This document shows, piece after piece, positions 26,986 through 40,300 of a stretch of 64,000 nucleotides of DNA (position 1 is its first letter; every line of letters begins with the position of its first letter). Origin of the DNA: Takakia lepidozioides (Eukaryota > Plantae > Bryophyta); assembly GCA_030704615.1 (NCBI GenBank), contig CM060734.1:39928001-39992000 (forward strand). The letters are read 5' to 3'. The notes beneath the pieces were generated by a model. It saw only the letters and a program-made list of their open reading frames with translations, was not told where the DNA came from and did not search any database. Both the position numbers and the translations under genes were made by a program.

Positions 26986-28301
26986 CTTGGGTGGCGCAGT
27001 CAGGCAGCGCGCCGCACTTTATTGTACACGGCAACCACCCACGTGCATGGCGACACTGTGAACGCGTGGTGAAGTGCAGCGAGCACAGACGAGACGACAA
27101 ATGAGATCACTTTTCTGCATTTTGTCAAGGACGAAGGTGCAGGGAAAGAGTCGATACTAGATAGATCGCCTGCAGCAACCGTCACTCAAGCAATCTCGTT
27201 AAGGGTTAATCTCTCACAACAAACATCTCCTAGCGCTTCATTTCTGTTGAGTCCTACCTATTAGCTAGTCAAATATGTCAACGACTGAAGCGGCCGAATT
27301 CGTGGTCTCAAGTCTTTGCGCAGATTAGATTACAGCAACTAAGACTGGTTAGCATCTTCAAGGTTAAGCTGCATGTAGAGATGATTGATGTTCAAGTTCT
27401 GGATCGTTGGCTGAGAACATAACCACTGTAATCTAACACCTCTCCAGTCACAACATCAAAGTTCAAATGAGAGAATAAGGGAAGCGGTGGCCCATACCCT
27501 CCTCTAGATACTCGGTGCAGATGGCAATCAACAAGGAATCCTTGTCACAGCGATGGTTGTGACCGGTGAAAGGAAGCGCGAGTGAAATGCGGCGAGAAAT
27601 AGCGGTGAAGCTGCTGTGGCAGGAGACGTTTGTGCCTCCCTACCACCTGCCATGCTCCTCTGGACACCTCTGCTATGACGGGCCATTTTGCATGTAAACA
27701 TGCAGCTTCCACCGAGGCATCACCCTGCATTCCACGGCAGAACAGCCTGCTGCCACATACCACCCACCCATTGCCGTCAGATTTCTTGAGCAGGATTCGA
27801 ACATGTGGCCTTCCCCAAGTATGCCTCTTGCTGTAGTTCAATGACAGGACGACTTTTTACTTGTTGCTGTTATTTGTTGTGTGCAAATTTGAAGAGTGGT
27901 AAAGTGCAAGACACTCTCCCAAATGAGAGGGACATGAACATACATGTATTCTTGCAGTAAACTGCCGACGTGCCGCGCCGTTGTCCAGGGAGTGTGGGCC
28001 TCTCGCCATTTTTACAATTTGAAGGTTTCATTTCCCTTTCATTGCACTCGGCAAGAAAGGCCCCCAAAAATGAGAAAGAATCGCCTTCTTTGGGTGCAAC
28101 ATTTTCATTTCAGACAAGCGTACTCCAGTGGTTCAACCTGCTCACAAAGAATGATTGTACCAGGCAGCCTTGGAATGGTGGTGCGGGGTAAAATGAGAAG
28201 CATCTTTGGACACTTTGGAGTTCTGGGAACTTCATAATACCACCCAATCTTATGCAATGTGAGAGTTGTATCTGGTCACCGTGGATGTATGAGCTACATC
28301 A

Positions 28302-31300
28302 CTATACACATTTATCAAGTGCTTGTTCAGCTTCTTGTAAAAAAAGCCGAGCCAGGCGTTTTTGACCTTTACGGTAAATTACACAAGCACGCTTGTTTTC
28401 TGACAGTAGAGGTGTCTTCCTCACGGCAGCATTGCCCATGTGTGCCCTGCCATCCATGACCCCAAATATAGAGCAAATGATTCAAGAGTTGAATTAACAT
28501 GGACATTTTGCAAGGGTCAAGATATTAACTAGAACTACAAGAAAAACATGAGATTTTAGTGACTCCTTGATTGCTAAGCTGACAGCTTCCATTACAAACT
28601 GAACACAGTCCAACTGGAATTCTTCCCTAGATACCCGCTTTGACATACCAGTGCTTCAGCCTTCCTGACCAGATGATGTAACCTCCAACATGCACCACAA
28701 CACAAGGAGGAGCATGGGCACTCACCTGCAGAAAGCCCACTGGAAAGAAGACGGACACAATTTATCTTGCAAACTTCATTCTAGCGTGGGATTGTCTCGC
28801 TCTGAGGATTCCATACCTTTCAGGATGCTGCTGCAGCCTCGCATCCGAGCGTGCCTTCAAGTCCTTGGCCAGTAACTCCACGTCCACATCTTCAAGGCCT
28901 GTGCCTTCTTCAATCTCCATCACTCTGTAGGTGAACATCAGAAAGACATTAGCTGGTGCCTCGAACAAAATACTAGCCTCACTGCAAGCCCATTGAGCAG
29001 AAGCTAGCCAAGACCCCTCTGTTCAGCAACTTCCAGTCCCTTGTAAGGAAGGGATTTAAGGACGATCAGATGTGTTTCTCGCAAGACTACAGAGACAAGA
29101 TTGGAGAGGATCGATAAGAGCGTACTTGGAGGTGAGAAGGTCGATTAGTAGTTGCAAAGCACCCGTGTTCCCACAAACCTCCCACACAGCTGCCCTTATG
29201 TCGATGTAAGACGGTATCCGTTCAAGGTCTGGATTTGAGATCTATCAACAGGGGGAAAACCATGCTCTACGATTAGCATGTGGATCACATTGTATACCAA
29301 AGTGGAAATTCTAACACTGATGTATGTCCTGGGCGTGGAGAGAAGCTTAAGAGGGAGGGACAGGGGAAGGGGGAAGAGCAAAGGATCATTATAGGGGTAA
29401 ACCAGTGGGCTGTAAAGATCACCATCCCATTTTTCCAATTCAGAGCACTATACTATAGGGAAGTAAAATCAAGACGTGGCTTCATACCACATATCACTCA
29501 GAAAAGGTAGTCAGGACACAACAGGTGCAATACTACAAGACAATTTATAGATCATGCGCATTAGAAGAATAATGCTAGCTAAAGCACATCTGGGTCCCTC
29601 ACTCGACTGGGCTACTGCCTCCCTGTTATGAGGGTCATCGTTTACCGATCAAGGTAACGTTTCTTCCTCTGGGGGCATGATGGCCTACCAGAAGAGTCAA
29701 GTGTCAGGGATACCATCACCCAGAGCTTGGTAGACCATTTTAACATCACAATTAAGTTAAAAAAACAACACTAACTAGCTAAATGCAAGTGCCTTACCCA
29801 CTGGCCTATCTCATGGATTCTATCATTATATAATATAACTGATTGTTTATATCAAGGTAAGTCACACTAGTGGAGTGAGCCCCTCAAAAAGGCACGATTC
29901 TATACTATATTATAGAATAATAGAATAATATAATGATATAATATTATTCTACTATTATACAGACACAGAATGTCTGCTTTGTTTCTATGCAAGGATGTAG
30001 ACAGTATGACCCTAACAAGTGGACTCACATCTTCAAGCATAGAAATCACACGGTAGACCTCATCGTCCTCCATAGCCACAACACGCAAGGCGGCCAGAAG
30101 GTCTTCAGGGAACACCAAATGCTCCAGATTGGCTGGTGGCTTGCGATGGCCACTCCAGCTGTGCCCAGCTACGGTAGCAGTTTGCATCTCCGTCTGCGAC
30201 TCTCCAGATGCTGGGGATGCCTCATGACAGAGAAACCCCCTACTCAGCTCAGAAGAAGGAAGAAGCCAGCGCAGTGGCAGTTTCTGTGGCATCCAAACCA
30301 CCTCACCTTCAGCTAAAGATGGCTGGCAAAATGCAGCCACAGGCAAGCATATTGCGAGTACTTGGAGAGTGAAGATCTTCAGTAAAGCCCAGGCACCCAC
30401 GTTGGCAAGCACACCTAAGTTTCTCAATGAATATGGTAAATGCAACAGATATCAAATTAGGTAGCATAGTACAAGAATTTGGGAGTGAGAGAGTATGTAC
30501 TCATAAGACGTTGTTTGCCGCTTGTGGTCATTGACCCGCGCAGTTTGAGCGCAACACAAATGGACAGAACCTACCTTTGTCAGGGGCTAACACCGGTAGT
30601 AAGACTTACCTTGGAATAAACAATTGGTCCGGGTTTTCCGGATATCCTCTAGAAATCCCTTTACACAAGCATCAACCTGCTGTGTGTGGTTTCCCAATAA
30701 CTAGGCCCCAAAAGGGCCTGGGCTTTTGGCTCAGCCTCCAGACTTTCAAAGTTGGTAAACAGAGGTACAGGCACAATTCCCTTGATAGATTTCAAGAGCG
30801 TCTCTCTGGTGGGAGTCACTCAGACAATGAATCAGAAAATGAATATAGTCTTCAGGTTGCCCTCACAATGGGCAATTGCACTCTCCCTTTCCTCTCTGCT
30901 TCCGTTTGCTGTTCAAAGGTAGGCTTCCTGCCCTGAGTTTAAATTTCAGTCTAGTGCCGAGAGTGGGTAGACCCTTGAGGTCATCCATGAAGTCCTCCCC
31001 CATGTCACAGACAGGAAACACGTTGGGAAGTTTTCTGCCTAACTTCATTTTCATCAGACAATTTCCTGGCAACAGACATGGCTTTGGACACTACAGCCTC
31101 CAAGTCGGATTTATCCAGCAGGGTCAAGACTTGCGGGCTAAAATTCAGATCCTTGAGAATCTCTTCTACTCTCTTCTGCCAGGACTTAGCCTGTTTGACA
31201 GGGCAATCCTGCTTCCAAGATATGTAGTCAATTAACTTAGGATATCTGATGTTGGACATATGTTAGCTGACTCCACCATCTGACCTTGAATTCATCTTGT

Positions 31301-34300
31301 CAGGAACTTAAGGAAGGGATGCCAAACTCACCAACCCATATTGCAGATGCATACTCCAAGGCAGGCCTAATAACGCAGCAAAGCATGGTTTTTCTTACTT
31401 CAGAGTTGATCCCTCTGCAGGGGAAAAATTTACTGAGACCCAGCGCTTTGCGCTTGCCAGATTGATTCTAGAGACTTAAGCCTGTTGGAGTTATCAACCA
31501 ATATTGCAGATGCGTACTCCAAGGAGTGAGAGTGAGTGAGAGAGAGACAGTGAGGCGGACATGTCAACGGTCAACCTTGTAGCATCAATGCATGGGGCAG
31601 TAACCAAGGGCCTGGTCTTGGCGCTAAAATAACCAACAAAAAAGAAACATAAAGCAAGCCATGGAAAGTGGAAGCACCAATTGTGCAAGAAGCTGAGACT
31701 TTTCCTCGAAGCAGGCGCTCCGCTCCAGGGCCTCTTTGGGAAAATAAACCTGCAATACACCAATGCTTTCATTTATGGAGAACAATTTTGGAGGTATCAC
31801 ATGTTCATCATCATCTCTCTCTTTGGACCAGCGTATTATTATCATTGATGGCAGTGGCGCCGTTGAAAGGATAAGAGGTATTTAACGTGATATAAATTGG
31901 CTGCAGTACTATGATTCAAGATGTACCATATTCAAGGCAGTGAGTCACAATATCTCTACTGCTCTCTACAGTTCCATGAATCTTTCACTTGTGGCTCACC
32001 CTAGTGTGAAAGAGTTACCATGAGATAATCATCAGGATTGCTGTCCATCACAAAGCCATAGAGGTATAGCAGCTCCTGCAGAAGCCATCATCTCAGCAAA
32101 TTAGAGACAGTCTAGTTCTGAAACAGCTTCACAGGTCTAAAATCACAAAGAAGGAAAGACTTGAGCGTACAGTAAGACCAACCTCATTGCCCTTATTCCC
32201 ATAGTTGATGCGAATCTCAGAATCAACAGGAACACTCACACCTGGGACTGCACCAAACTCACCAGCCCCTTCAGCTCTGTCAAGACTTAGAAAAGACAAA
32301 CAGCTGAGAAGTCACTAGATCTTGCATGTTGTGCCAAACTATGTCAGTAGTCTCATCATGCCTGCATTGTCAGGTAAGTTTCATAGCAAGACAAAATGTG
32401 GCAGAAGATTCTCCCCCATGTATGACTCCTTTTGCTTCATCTGAACAATAAAGCAAGAGCATATCTGACATTTTCAAATGACTTACAGGCCCTTTCAACT
32501 ACGTTGTGCTTTACGGCGGCGTCATATGTGAGGCCAGTACCCATGATCGGGATTTGTGAATACGGGGAGGGGCCACATTATTAATGAACCTATTTGAAGT
32601 CACATCTAGAATCGATGCCGGGACCAAAATATGTTTAGTGCAGCTAAAGTACTTTATGCCACTGCATTGATGCGGCCAAACCTGCCTTTTTCCTTATTGA
32701 TTGCGGCTAAAGTCGATCAGACTTGGTGGCTTGCTTTGCCACGAGTCATGGGTACCCATGAGATACTTTTGAGCTGGATTCGATGACTTAGATTTCACCT
32801 GTTTGCAGGATTTATTGTGCCCTATACTTCACATGTGATTCCCCACTCTTTTTGATGTTGGGCAGAATCCAATCGCAATCACGTGTGAATGCTTCACATG
32901 TGACCTTCACCTTAGTTTCACAGGTACACATATACTTCCAACTTGATGGGGAAAAGCAAGAGTTAAAAAGCAAATTGATTGTTCGAGACTGTCAAAGGTA
33001 AGCTGGAGAAAGCCAGGGATGATGCCGTTAAAAGCGAATCCTCGCTCACGTGAACGCCGCCCAAGCAAGCAACCAGAATATTTCAAAGTGGGAGCTCACT
33101 TGAAGATTACACCAACTGGGTTTTCTGTTGAAAATCCGCGCGTGTATTTTTGCAGAAGGTCTGTATAATCCCAACAATGGGAAAATGTACATGAAGGGCT
33201 GTCGACCAGTAGATGCCAATTGGACGCTGCTCCTGTACAATGCAGATTCCATAGATGATAGGCTTGACTGTTCCCTTGAAATTGTTCCGGAGTACCCCTC
33301 AATAGTTGCTAGGTGGCTGACAAGACCAACTGTCGGCGGAGTGTGGACGAACGTTTCTACTTCAAACCGATGAATCTTTCCCGATCACTTACAAGCGAGA
33401 GTGGGATGAGATCATTTCTCGGAAGAATCTGGAAGAGTCGTTGAGTGTGGCAACCCTGACTCTGATGCTGCTATGTATTGGTGCCCAGTGTCACATGTCA
33501 AGCGCCATCCGGAGTCAACGCCCTACATCTCGCTTGGGATGCTTGGCGTGCAGGCTGTGGGCTACATAATTCCTCTTATCACAGGTTAGTAGCTGACTGA
33601 TCACCTAAGATCTCTGCCCTTTTGTTCAAAGATTTGTCTCTCTGATGTACTTTTGTTCTCAAAACTGGCTCCAAATGGAATAGCAAGTTTTTATGAAATA
33701 GCAAGATCTAGTATCTAGCAAGCTAATATGCCCGGATTGTCATATGGAATCTGTACTGAACATGAGTAACTTCAAATCCTACCTCACGAGGGTAGCAACT
33801 ACTTCTGAGAGCCTCTTCGACAGCAACTGCATTGTGAATCTTTTCATACTGGATCAGCAATGTAGGAAATGTGTGTAGCTGCAAGTGCATTTACGGGGTT
33901 TTAACAATCATGTGTGGTAAGCTGAAGGTGTGAATTTCTAGCAAAGTTGAGTAGATCATCTTGACAATCACCATGTCATTTAAGCTGCAGCTTCCATCTT
34001 TTCCATCCCCTTGCCACAGTTACTCTGAACTAGGTGGCCCAGCAACCTTTGGCTGAAGAGACTTCTTCCTGCACCTTCCAGTGGGATTCTTGGGGCAGAA
34101 TGTGATTTTCTAGTACATTCACATATTTGGCTAGATTTGCATGTTATCTCACACTGAAAGGTTTGCCAATGAGTTATTTCAACTGCCTGCTGTTGTAACA
34201 GGGGCGGAAGCGTTGTTTGCACGGATGAATTCAGACACAGAAGTTGACACTGGATACAACCCGCTAAGGGAGGGCCAGTGGACCCAAAGCATCATGTTTC

Positions 34301-37300
34301 TTGTGAAATCCCTCACGCTGGTAGCTTTCCTTCTGATCATCCACCTTGCCAAGAAGGTGTAGAAGGAACGTATGTTAGCTGCCTCTCAGGCTCAAATCAG
34401 CTGCAGTGGAACTCCCGAGAGAAAGCAACGTAATTTTAGTCCGTGGGCTCACCCCTATTGTGAGTTTCCTGGTGGTGCTTGCTGTTCATGTTGCTAGGAC
34501 TAACTAACAGCATTGACCAAGGAAGTCAATGACTTGCAAATGTCTGGGACTCATGTCCTGCAGAAGGAAGCAAAGGAGTATTGGGGACTGGTGGAGGACC
34601 TGTTCCTGCTGCCGCAGGTTGTGGGTTGTGAAAGGGGGACCCCTTCATGTCATGTACTAAATTGGAGTTACGATGCTACGATTGCTGCCCCATATGTACG
34701 ATAGGCTCCGCTTTCCCATGTAAGAAAGAGGACTACAAAAGATGCATATTGATCATCCACTATAAGCTGTGTTAAGGACACATTTCCAGAGCAATAAGAC
34801 TGCATCCGGTCATTGAACACCGCAACCTGAATGCAGTTTAATGATTTAGCATGGTTGGAGTTATCTACCCACACAGCAGATGAGTACTCAAAAGCAGGCC
34901 TAATAATGTCGCAAAGCATGGTCCTTTTAACTTCACTATTAATCCCTCTGCAGTGGAAAAATATAGGGAGGACCAAAGCTTTGCGTTTAGCTGTTTGAAC
35001 CACTTTCCGCACATGCACATCCCAGTTGCAACTGAAGGGAAACTCAAAGCCAAGATATGTGTAGGAAGGGAGCACAGAGATCTCATGACTCCCCCAAGTC
35101 CATTTGAGATCTCCACCTCCTTCCCCACGATCATTGAAAGCCACCACTCCACATTTACTAACATTGGCTTCTAGCCTCCAGAGGTCAAAGTACCTCTTCG
35201 TGCAATCAATCATCTTCCGAAGATTGGATGGGGTATCCCCTAGGCCTGTGAAGTCATCCACAAATATAAGGGCTGGGATGGTGGCATCACCCACCTTTAA
35301 ACCAAACCCTCATTTTCCAGATCTTCAAGTAACTGATTAATTAAAACACTGAAGAGCAGTGGGGAGAGGGTACAGCCTTGCGCTACACCTTGGTCAATAT
35401 CAAATAAGTTAGCTTTAACCGTAACGCTCTTCGCATACAGTAGTGAGCCATCCTCCACATCTTACCCCTGACCCTGGAAGGCCAAAGACGGAGACGCAGC
35501 CCATCTCCCCAACTGTGTCAGAAGCCTTTTTGACAGGAAAAAGACAAAAGTGGGCTTTCCTCTTTTTTGCTTCCCTGAATAATCTCGCTTAGTGTGAAGA
35601 TATGGTCAACGCATCCCCTATTTCTCTGAAAGCCAGCCTCGCCTTCACTGAAAACACTCGAGACTCCAAATCAACCGCAGGCTCTTCTCTGTCACCTTTC
35701 TTATACAGGTTGACAATGACCTCCTCTCTCCAACAAAAGGGAATCACTTCAGTCTTCCAGATAAGGTTAAAGTGAAGGGCAAGGGCCTCTACCATAAGCA
35801 TAAGATCGCCACCATGCTATCAGGCCCACCTGCTTTATAGCCCTTTAGATGCTACCTTCAGTAATCGCAGAAGAACTAATGGGTGCTTTGTAACCCTTTG
35901 TAATATCCACTAGTTCATCAGCGCTGTCTTGGAATATAGAAACAGTTTACAGGGCCCACAAGAGAATTTATTCATGCCGTCCCTGCGGACATTGGCTTGC
36001 AATAGCCTTACAGCCATTGACCGCACGGAAAACTAACCCTCCCCCAGCCTTTTGTGGGGTTCGCTCCCTCCAGGGTTTACCTTATCCCCGCAGCTCAGCT
36101 GCAGGTATGTCCTTATCTTCCCGCAACTGCAACCGCCATTAAGGCGCTCACAGAGGCACTTGTCTGCATGCAAACTCGACAGCCCAGTTGCATAGAGAGA
36201 ATGTACTCACAAGACGTTGTTTGCCATAGCCGTTGCACAGAGAGAGAGATTGTACTCATAAGACGTTGTTTGCCGTAGCCTTGTGGCCATTGACCCCGCG
36301 CCCAGTTTGAGCGGGAACAAAAGGGACAGAACCTACCTCTGTCAGGGGCTGACGTTGGTAGTAAGACTTACCTCCATATAAAGAATTAATCCGGGTTTTC
36401 CAGATATCCTCTAGAAATCCCTTCACACAAGCATCAATCTGCTGTGTGTGATTTGCCCAACAACTAGGCCTCAGGAGGGCCTGGGCTTTTGGCTCAGCCT
36501 CGAGACTTTCAAAGTTGGTGAACAGGGGTACAGGCACAATTCCCTTAATAGATTTGAAGAGAGCGTCTCTTTGGTGAGAGAACCCCGGACAGTGTATCAG
36601 AAAATGAATACTGTCTTCAGATTGCCCACACAACGGGCAATTGCACTATCCCTTTCCTCTCTGCTTCTGTTTGCTGTTCAAAGGTAGGCTTCCTGCCCTG
36701 AGTTTAAATTTCAGTCTAGTGCCGAGAGTGGGTAGACCCTTGAGGTCATCCAAGATGTCCTCCCCCACGTCACAGACTGGAAACAAGTTCAGGGAAGTTT
36801 TCTGCCTAACTTCATTTTCATCAGACAATCTCATGGCAACAGACATGGCTGAGGACACTACAGCCTCTAAGTCAGATTTATCCAGCAGGGTCAAGACTTG
36901 CGGATCCAGGTCCAGGTCCTTGAGGATCTCTTCTACTCTCTTCTGCCAGGACTTAGCCTGTTTGACAGGGCGGTCCTGTTTCCAAGATATAGAGTCGATT
37001 AACTTAGGATATCTGGTGTTGGGCATATGTTGCAGCTGACCCCACCATCTGACCTTGAATTCATCTCGTCGGGAGCTTAAGGACGGAATGCCAAACTCAC
37101 CCCGAACAGCCACATTGGCTGTTTTGGAGCATGCTGACATACACTCCTTAAGCACCCCCACTTGAATGGATTCTAGAGACTTAGCCTGGTTGGAGTTATC
37201 AACCCATATAGCAGATCCGTACTCCAAGGCAGGTCTAATAACGCGACAAAGCATGGTTTTCTTAACCTCAGAGTTGACCCCTGCAGTGGAAAAATTTAGT

Positions 37301-40300
37301 GAGCCCCAGAGCTTTGCCCTTGCCAGTTTGAACAACTTTCCGGATATGTGCATCCCAATTACAATTGGAGGAGAACTCAACGCCCAGGTAAGTGTAGGAA
37401 GGGAGGACCGGGATCTCTTGGCTACCCCACTGCCACTTAAGATCACTTCCTCCCTCTCCTCTGTCGTTGAATGCTACCACTGCACATTTGCTGACATTAG
37501 CCTCTAGCCCCCAAAGATCAAAGTATCTCTTCGCGCAATCAATCAACTCCTGGAGATTGGTTGGAGTCTCCCCTATGCCTGCGAAGTCATCCGCAAACAT
37601 AAGGGCTGGTATGGTGGTATCACCCACCCTTAACCCAAATCCCCACTTTCCACATCCTCGAGGAGTTGATTGATGAAAACATTGAAGAGCAGAGGGGAGA
37701 GAGTACATCCTTGAGCTACACCTTGGTCTATGTCAAAGAAGTTGGACTTCTGTCCGTTAACAGTGACACAGCTTTTGGTGTGAGCATACAAGTTGTGGAC
37801 AACTCTCCACATCTTTCCCTTGATCCCACAAGACCAGAGGCGGAACCATAGGCCATCTCTCCACACTGTGTCATAAGCCTTTTTGACATCCAGGAAAAAG
37901 ACATAAGTGGGTTTCCCTTCTTTTTTCCTTCCCTGGATAATCTGGCTTAGAGTGAAGATATGATCCACACAGCCCCTGTTTCGCCGAAAGCCAGCTTGGC
38001 CTTCGTGGAAACAACCTCTAGACTCCAGATCAACCTCGAGACGAGTACTTATAACTCTGCAGAATGTCTTGCCAACAGCATTGAGGAGCGTGATGCCACG
38101 GTAGTTCCCCGGTTCTTCTCTGTCACCCTTCTTGTATAGATTGACAATGACCCCCTGTCGCCAGCGAAAGGGGATCATTTCAGTCTTCCAGATAAGGTTA
38201 AAGAGGAGAACTAGGGCCTCTATCATGGGATCGCCACCGTGCTTGATAAGCTCATTGACAATACCATCAGGTCCACCAGCTTTATATCCATTTAAATGTT
38301 CAATTGCTTCCACAATCTCAGAAGAACTAATGGGAGCATTATAAGCCATTGAAATATACTCCAGTTCATCAGGGCTGTTTTGAATCATAGGAACAGTTTT
38401 TCCAACTGTGTCCCTCCATTCAGCAGAAGACCCCTCACTGTTAGACCTAGAAGTTCTGCCAAGGATACTGTAGTGAGTTTCAAAGGTTTTGACAATGTCA
38501 ACCGATGAAGTCACCACTGCACCTTTAGTAGTCTTCAGCGCTTGTACTTGCTGACCATTTTTCGATTTGTACAAACGTTGAAGGGCCAACCAGAATTTCT
38601 TGTCATTACCACCATGGTGGTTTGAGTTTATTTCACTGTATAACTTGTCCCAGTATAATTTCTTCTGAGACCTAACAAGCTGATTGATATCTTTACGGAG
38701 CTGGTAGTACCTCGCCCACAATTCTCTGTTGGTTTCCAAATTGCAGCACTCTTTATAGAGGGCTCGTCTCTCAGCTATCTTGAGTTTAATCTCATTAGTC
38801 CACCAATTAACTGCTCTACCGCAGACAATTAGTTTCCTCCCAATGATCTTGTCAGCCACGGAGGAAACGAAACTCTCCCAAGAGTCCACTGCTCTTTTGA
38901 CTTCATTTCTTGCGTTAACAGAGCATGACTGAAGTTCTTGGAGCGATTGGACAAAATGAGGGAGAGCCTCTTGCAAGGCCTGGACGTACTCAGCCTTGAC
39001 CTCCTCATTGTGGAATTTTTCTATGCGCCACTTCCGAATCGAACTTTTCACAGATCTCTTGGTGGTGGGAAAACACCTTTTGATCTCAGTCCAAACCAGG
39101 AAGTGGTCAGAGGTACCAATATCAGTTCTGTCGATCAACACATTGGCACACTGGGGGAACAAAAATTTGTCCATTATGATATAGTCCACAATGGAACGTT
39201 CCCCAGTTTGGGGTTTCTCACGAGTCCACTGCACTTGGTCACCTCTTGTCCTGTCATTCAAGGTCAAAAGCTGAAGCTCTTCTAGACAGTTAATTAACCG
39301 TCTGCCATTAGAATTCAGCTCGTCCTCACCAAAAGGTCCAATGATATTGTCCTGATGGATCCCTTTGCCCACCCGGGCATTGAAGTCCCCCAATAGTACC
39401 ACCTGACCTTTGGCAAGGAACGAAGCACAGTCCAGCTTTACATCTTCGAAGGCCTTGTCTGCATCAGCACTAAGGGTCCCCTCTGTGGGCATGTAAACAC
39501 AACCAACAAAGAGGTCCTTTGTACTCATGCCGCCCTTCAAATTCAGTTTTAGCCAGATACTATGCTCGTACCTCAAACCCTTGTTGATAATTTCACAATT
39601 GTCAAACAAGAAATCACGGACAAAGAATCCGACCCCTTTTTGACCGTGTTTGGCAGAGGCTGCCTTGAGAGTACACATCTTACCTGCCCATTTATAACCA
39701 ATGACATCTCCAACCAGTTTATCCGACGTTTCCCATGTTTCTTGCCCAGCACAGATGTGAATATCATTAGTCCGAAGAACTTGTCCCACTTCAAGTTGTT
39801 TCCTTTGGTTGGTCAACCCTGAGAAGTTGAAAGTGGCCAGCCGCAAGCCAGCCCTTTGCGTGTGAATTGTTTGGTAGCTTGTGATTGCTCCTGGACGGCC
39901 AACCGTTCTGCAAAGGGGGGACAGTTACCCCATGTGTAGATTTTGCTCGTCTTGTGTAAACTTTGAGAATTGGTAAACCATTCAGGGTACCAAATCTTTC
40001 AGTTACACGACGCACAGGCTCCGCACACGTAGGGGCAGATTGTCCGTCAGACTGCTTGGGGACAATTACCCCGTGTATAGATTTTGCTCGTCTTGTGTAG
40101 ACTTTGAGGATTGGTAAACCATTTAGAGTACCAAATCCTTCAGGCTCTGCACACTTAGAGACAGATTGTCCATCTGACGGCTTGGGGACAATTACCCCGT
40201 GTATAGAATTTGTTCGTCTTGTGTAAACCTTGAGGATTGGTAAACCATTCAGAGTACCAAATCCTTCAGATTCAGGACGTTCAGGTTCCGTACACTTAGG

